Below are positions 63,048-64,000 of a stretch of 64,000 nucleotides of DNA, one piece after another; the stretch's first letter is position 1; the number at the start of each line of letters is the position of its first letter. The DNA is taken from assembly GCA_964188305.1 (NCBI GenBank), contig OZ076890.1; one strand, written 5' to 3'. The position numbers and the translations under genes are program-made. The DNA is from Podarcis bocagei. Its lineage: Eukaryota. Below the pieces are notes generated by a model. It was not told the DNA's origin. It worked only from the letters and a program-made list of their open reading frames with translations, and ran no database searches.

Positions 63048-64000
63048 CTGGAAGAGAAGGGTGAGCATGATGGCTAGTGAGCATGTCAAGAGGCAAAGCA
63101 GGCAGCTAGTAAGATTAATTTTTAAAAGTTATTCTACATTATTAAATATTAAAAAAGGCAAAGAGGCTTATTTCTAAAGATCTCTAGAATTTTGCATGCT
63201 TAATTCTACTAAGTAGGTACTGGCAAAAGTTAGTAGGAAATAGGAACAAAAGCAGTTAATGCGAAAGAACAACAGAAACGGAAAAGCTTTGAAAATACAT
63301 TGCAAGTTTACATGCTGAAGCCTAGAAGAGCAACTCAAGATAAATCTGTGATCGTTTCTTCCTTTCCCTGTTTCTTCCCCCACCCTCTTGAGTAAAGGAA
63401 AATTGTAATGTGGAAATTTTATATAGTTATCCTCTTAGAAAAGTTGTGTCCCGCCACACTCACTGGGGCAAAAATAGTTTTTTTTTCTAAAATGCAGCTT
63501 TCTATATAAAAGGGTTTGCTTTGTGTGCTGCATGGTTATACTTTGGAAGCTGATCACTGACAAATAAGTTAGTAGCACATAGCCTGTGCCACAAAAGTTG
63601 ATCTTTTCTATTTCTTATAGGCCAGGGGTGGGGTGGAATGAACTTGTTTCCATGCTTTTGCTAGAGAACTGCATGGCTTTTGTTTCTTATTTTTTGGGGG
63701 GAAATGAAAATGTCAGCTAATGAAAAGAGTATTCTTCAATGAGCCTAATTACTTGTCTCTCAAAACATTTGACCAGTAAAAACCCAAAGGGCTGGTGTTA
63801 TACAGTAAAAATGAGAGGCAAATGTGTGGTACTTTAGAAGAGCACTTTGACAACAATCTAAAAGGTAGGCACTGACAGTTATCAAGAATCAAGCATGTAT
63901 CTTGTGTGTCATCTATTTGTAGAACAGATGCTTTATTATTTTTCAGATTAGTGAACAGCAGAGACAAAATAACTTATTACAGGCCCTTAAATGATCCAGT

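Overview
Vertebrate genomic DNA, almost certainly a squamate and most likely a lacertid lizard, inferred from Sauria/Squam1, Squam2 and Squam3-like SINEs plus lizard-type L2/CR1/hAT/Tc1 repeats. The window holds the conserved gene block orthologous to mammalian Xp22: EGFL6 (last 4 coding exons, +), TCEANC (+, single coding exon, 351 aa), RAB9A (+, single coding exon, 201 aa), TRAPPC2 (-, 4 coding exons, 140 aa, one U12 AT-AC intron), OFD1 (+, 22 coding exons, about 1022 aa, head-to-head with TRAPPC2) and the last exon and 3' UTR of GPM6B (-). There is one 181-N assembly gap. I checked exon boundaries by hand for splice dinucleotides and frame continuity. The most unusual items are outside the genes or at their splice sites: (i) a Penelope-type minimal hammerhead ribozyme apparently converted into a 70-nt pre-miRNA-like hairpin by an inverted duplication of its own catalytic core (16772-16841); (ii) a young TIR/TSD-bounded hAT element carrying what looks like a captured CpG-island first exon with a polyQ/polyA ORF (9436-9941); (iii) an unclassified CpG-rich, TSD-less element in an EGFL6 intron; (iv) a tandemly duplicated TRAPPC2 splice acceptor and a shifted EGFL6 acceptor. 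No prokaryotic or CRISPR features. TE family names come from pattern recognition, not database searches.
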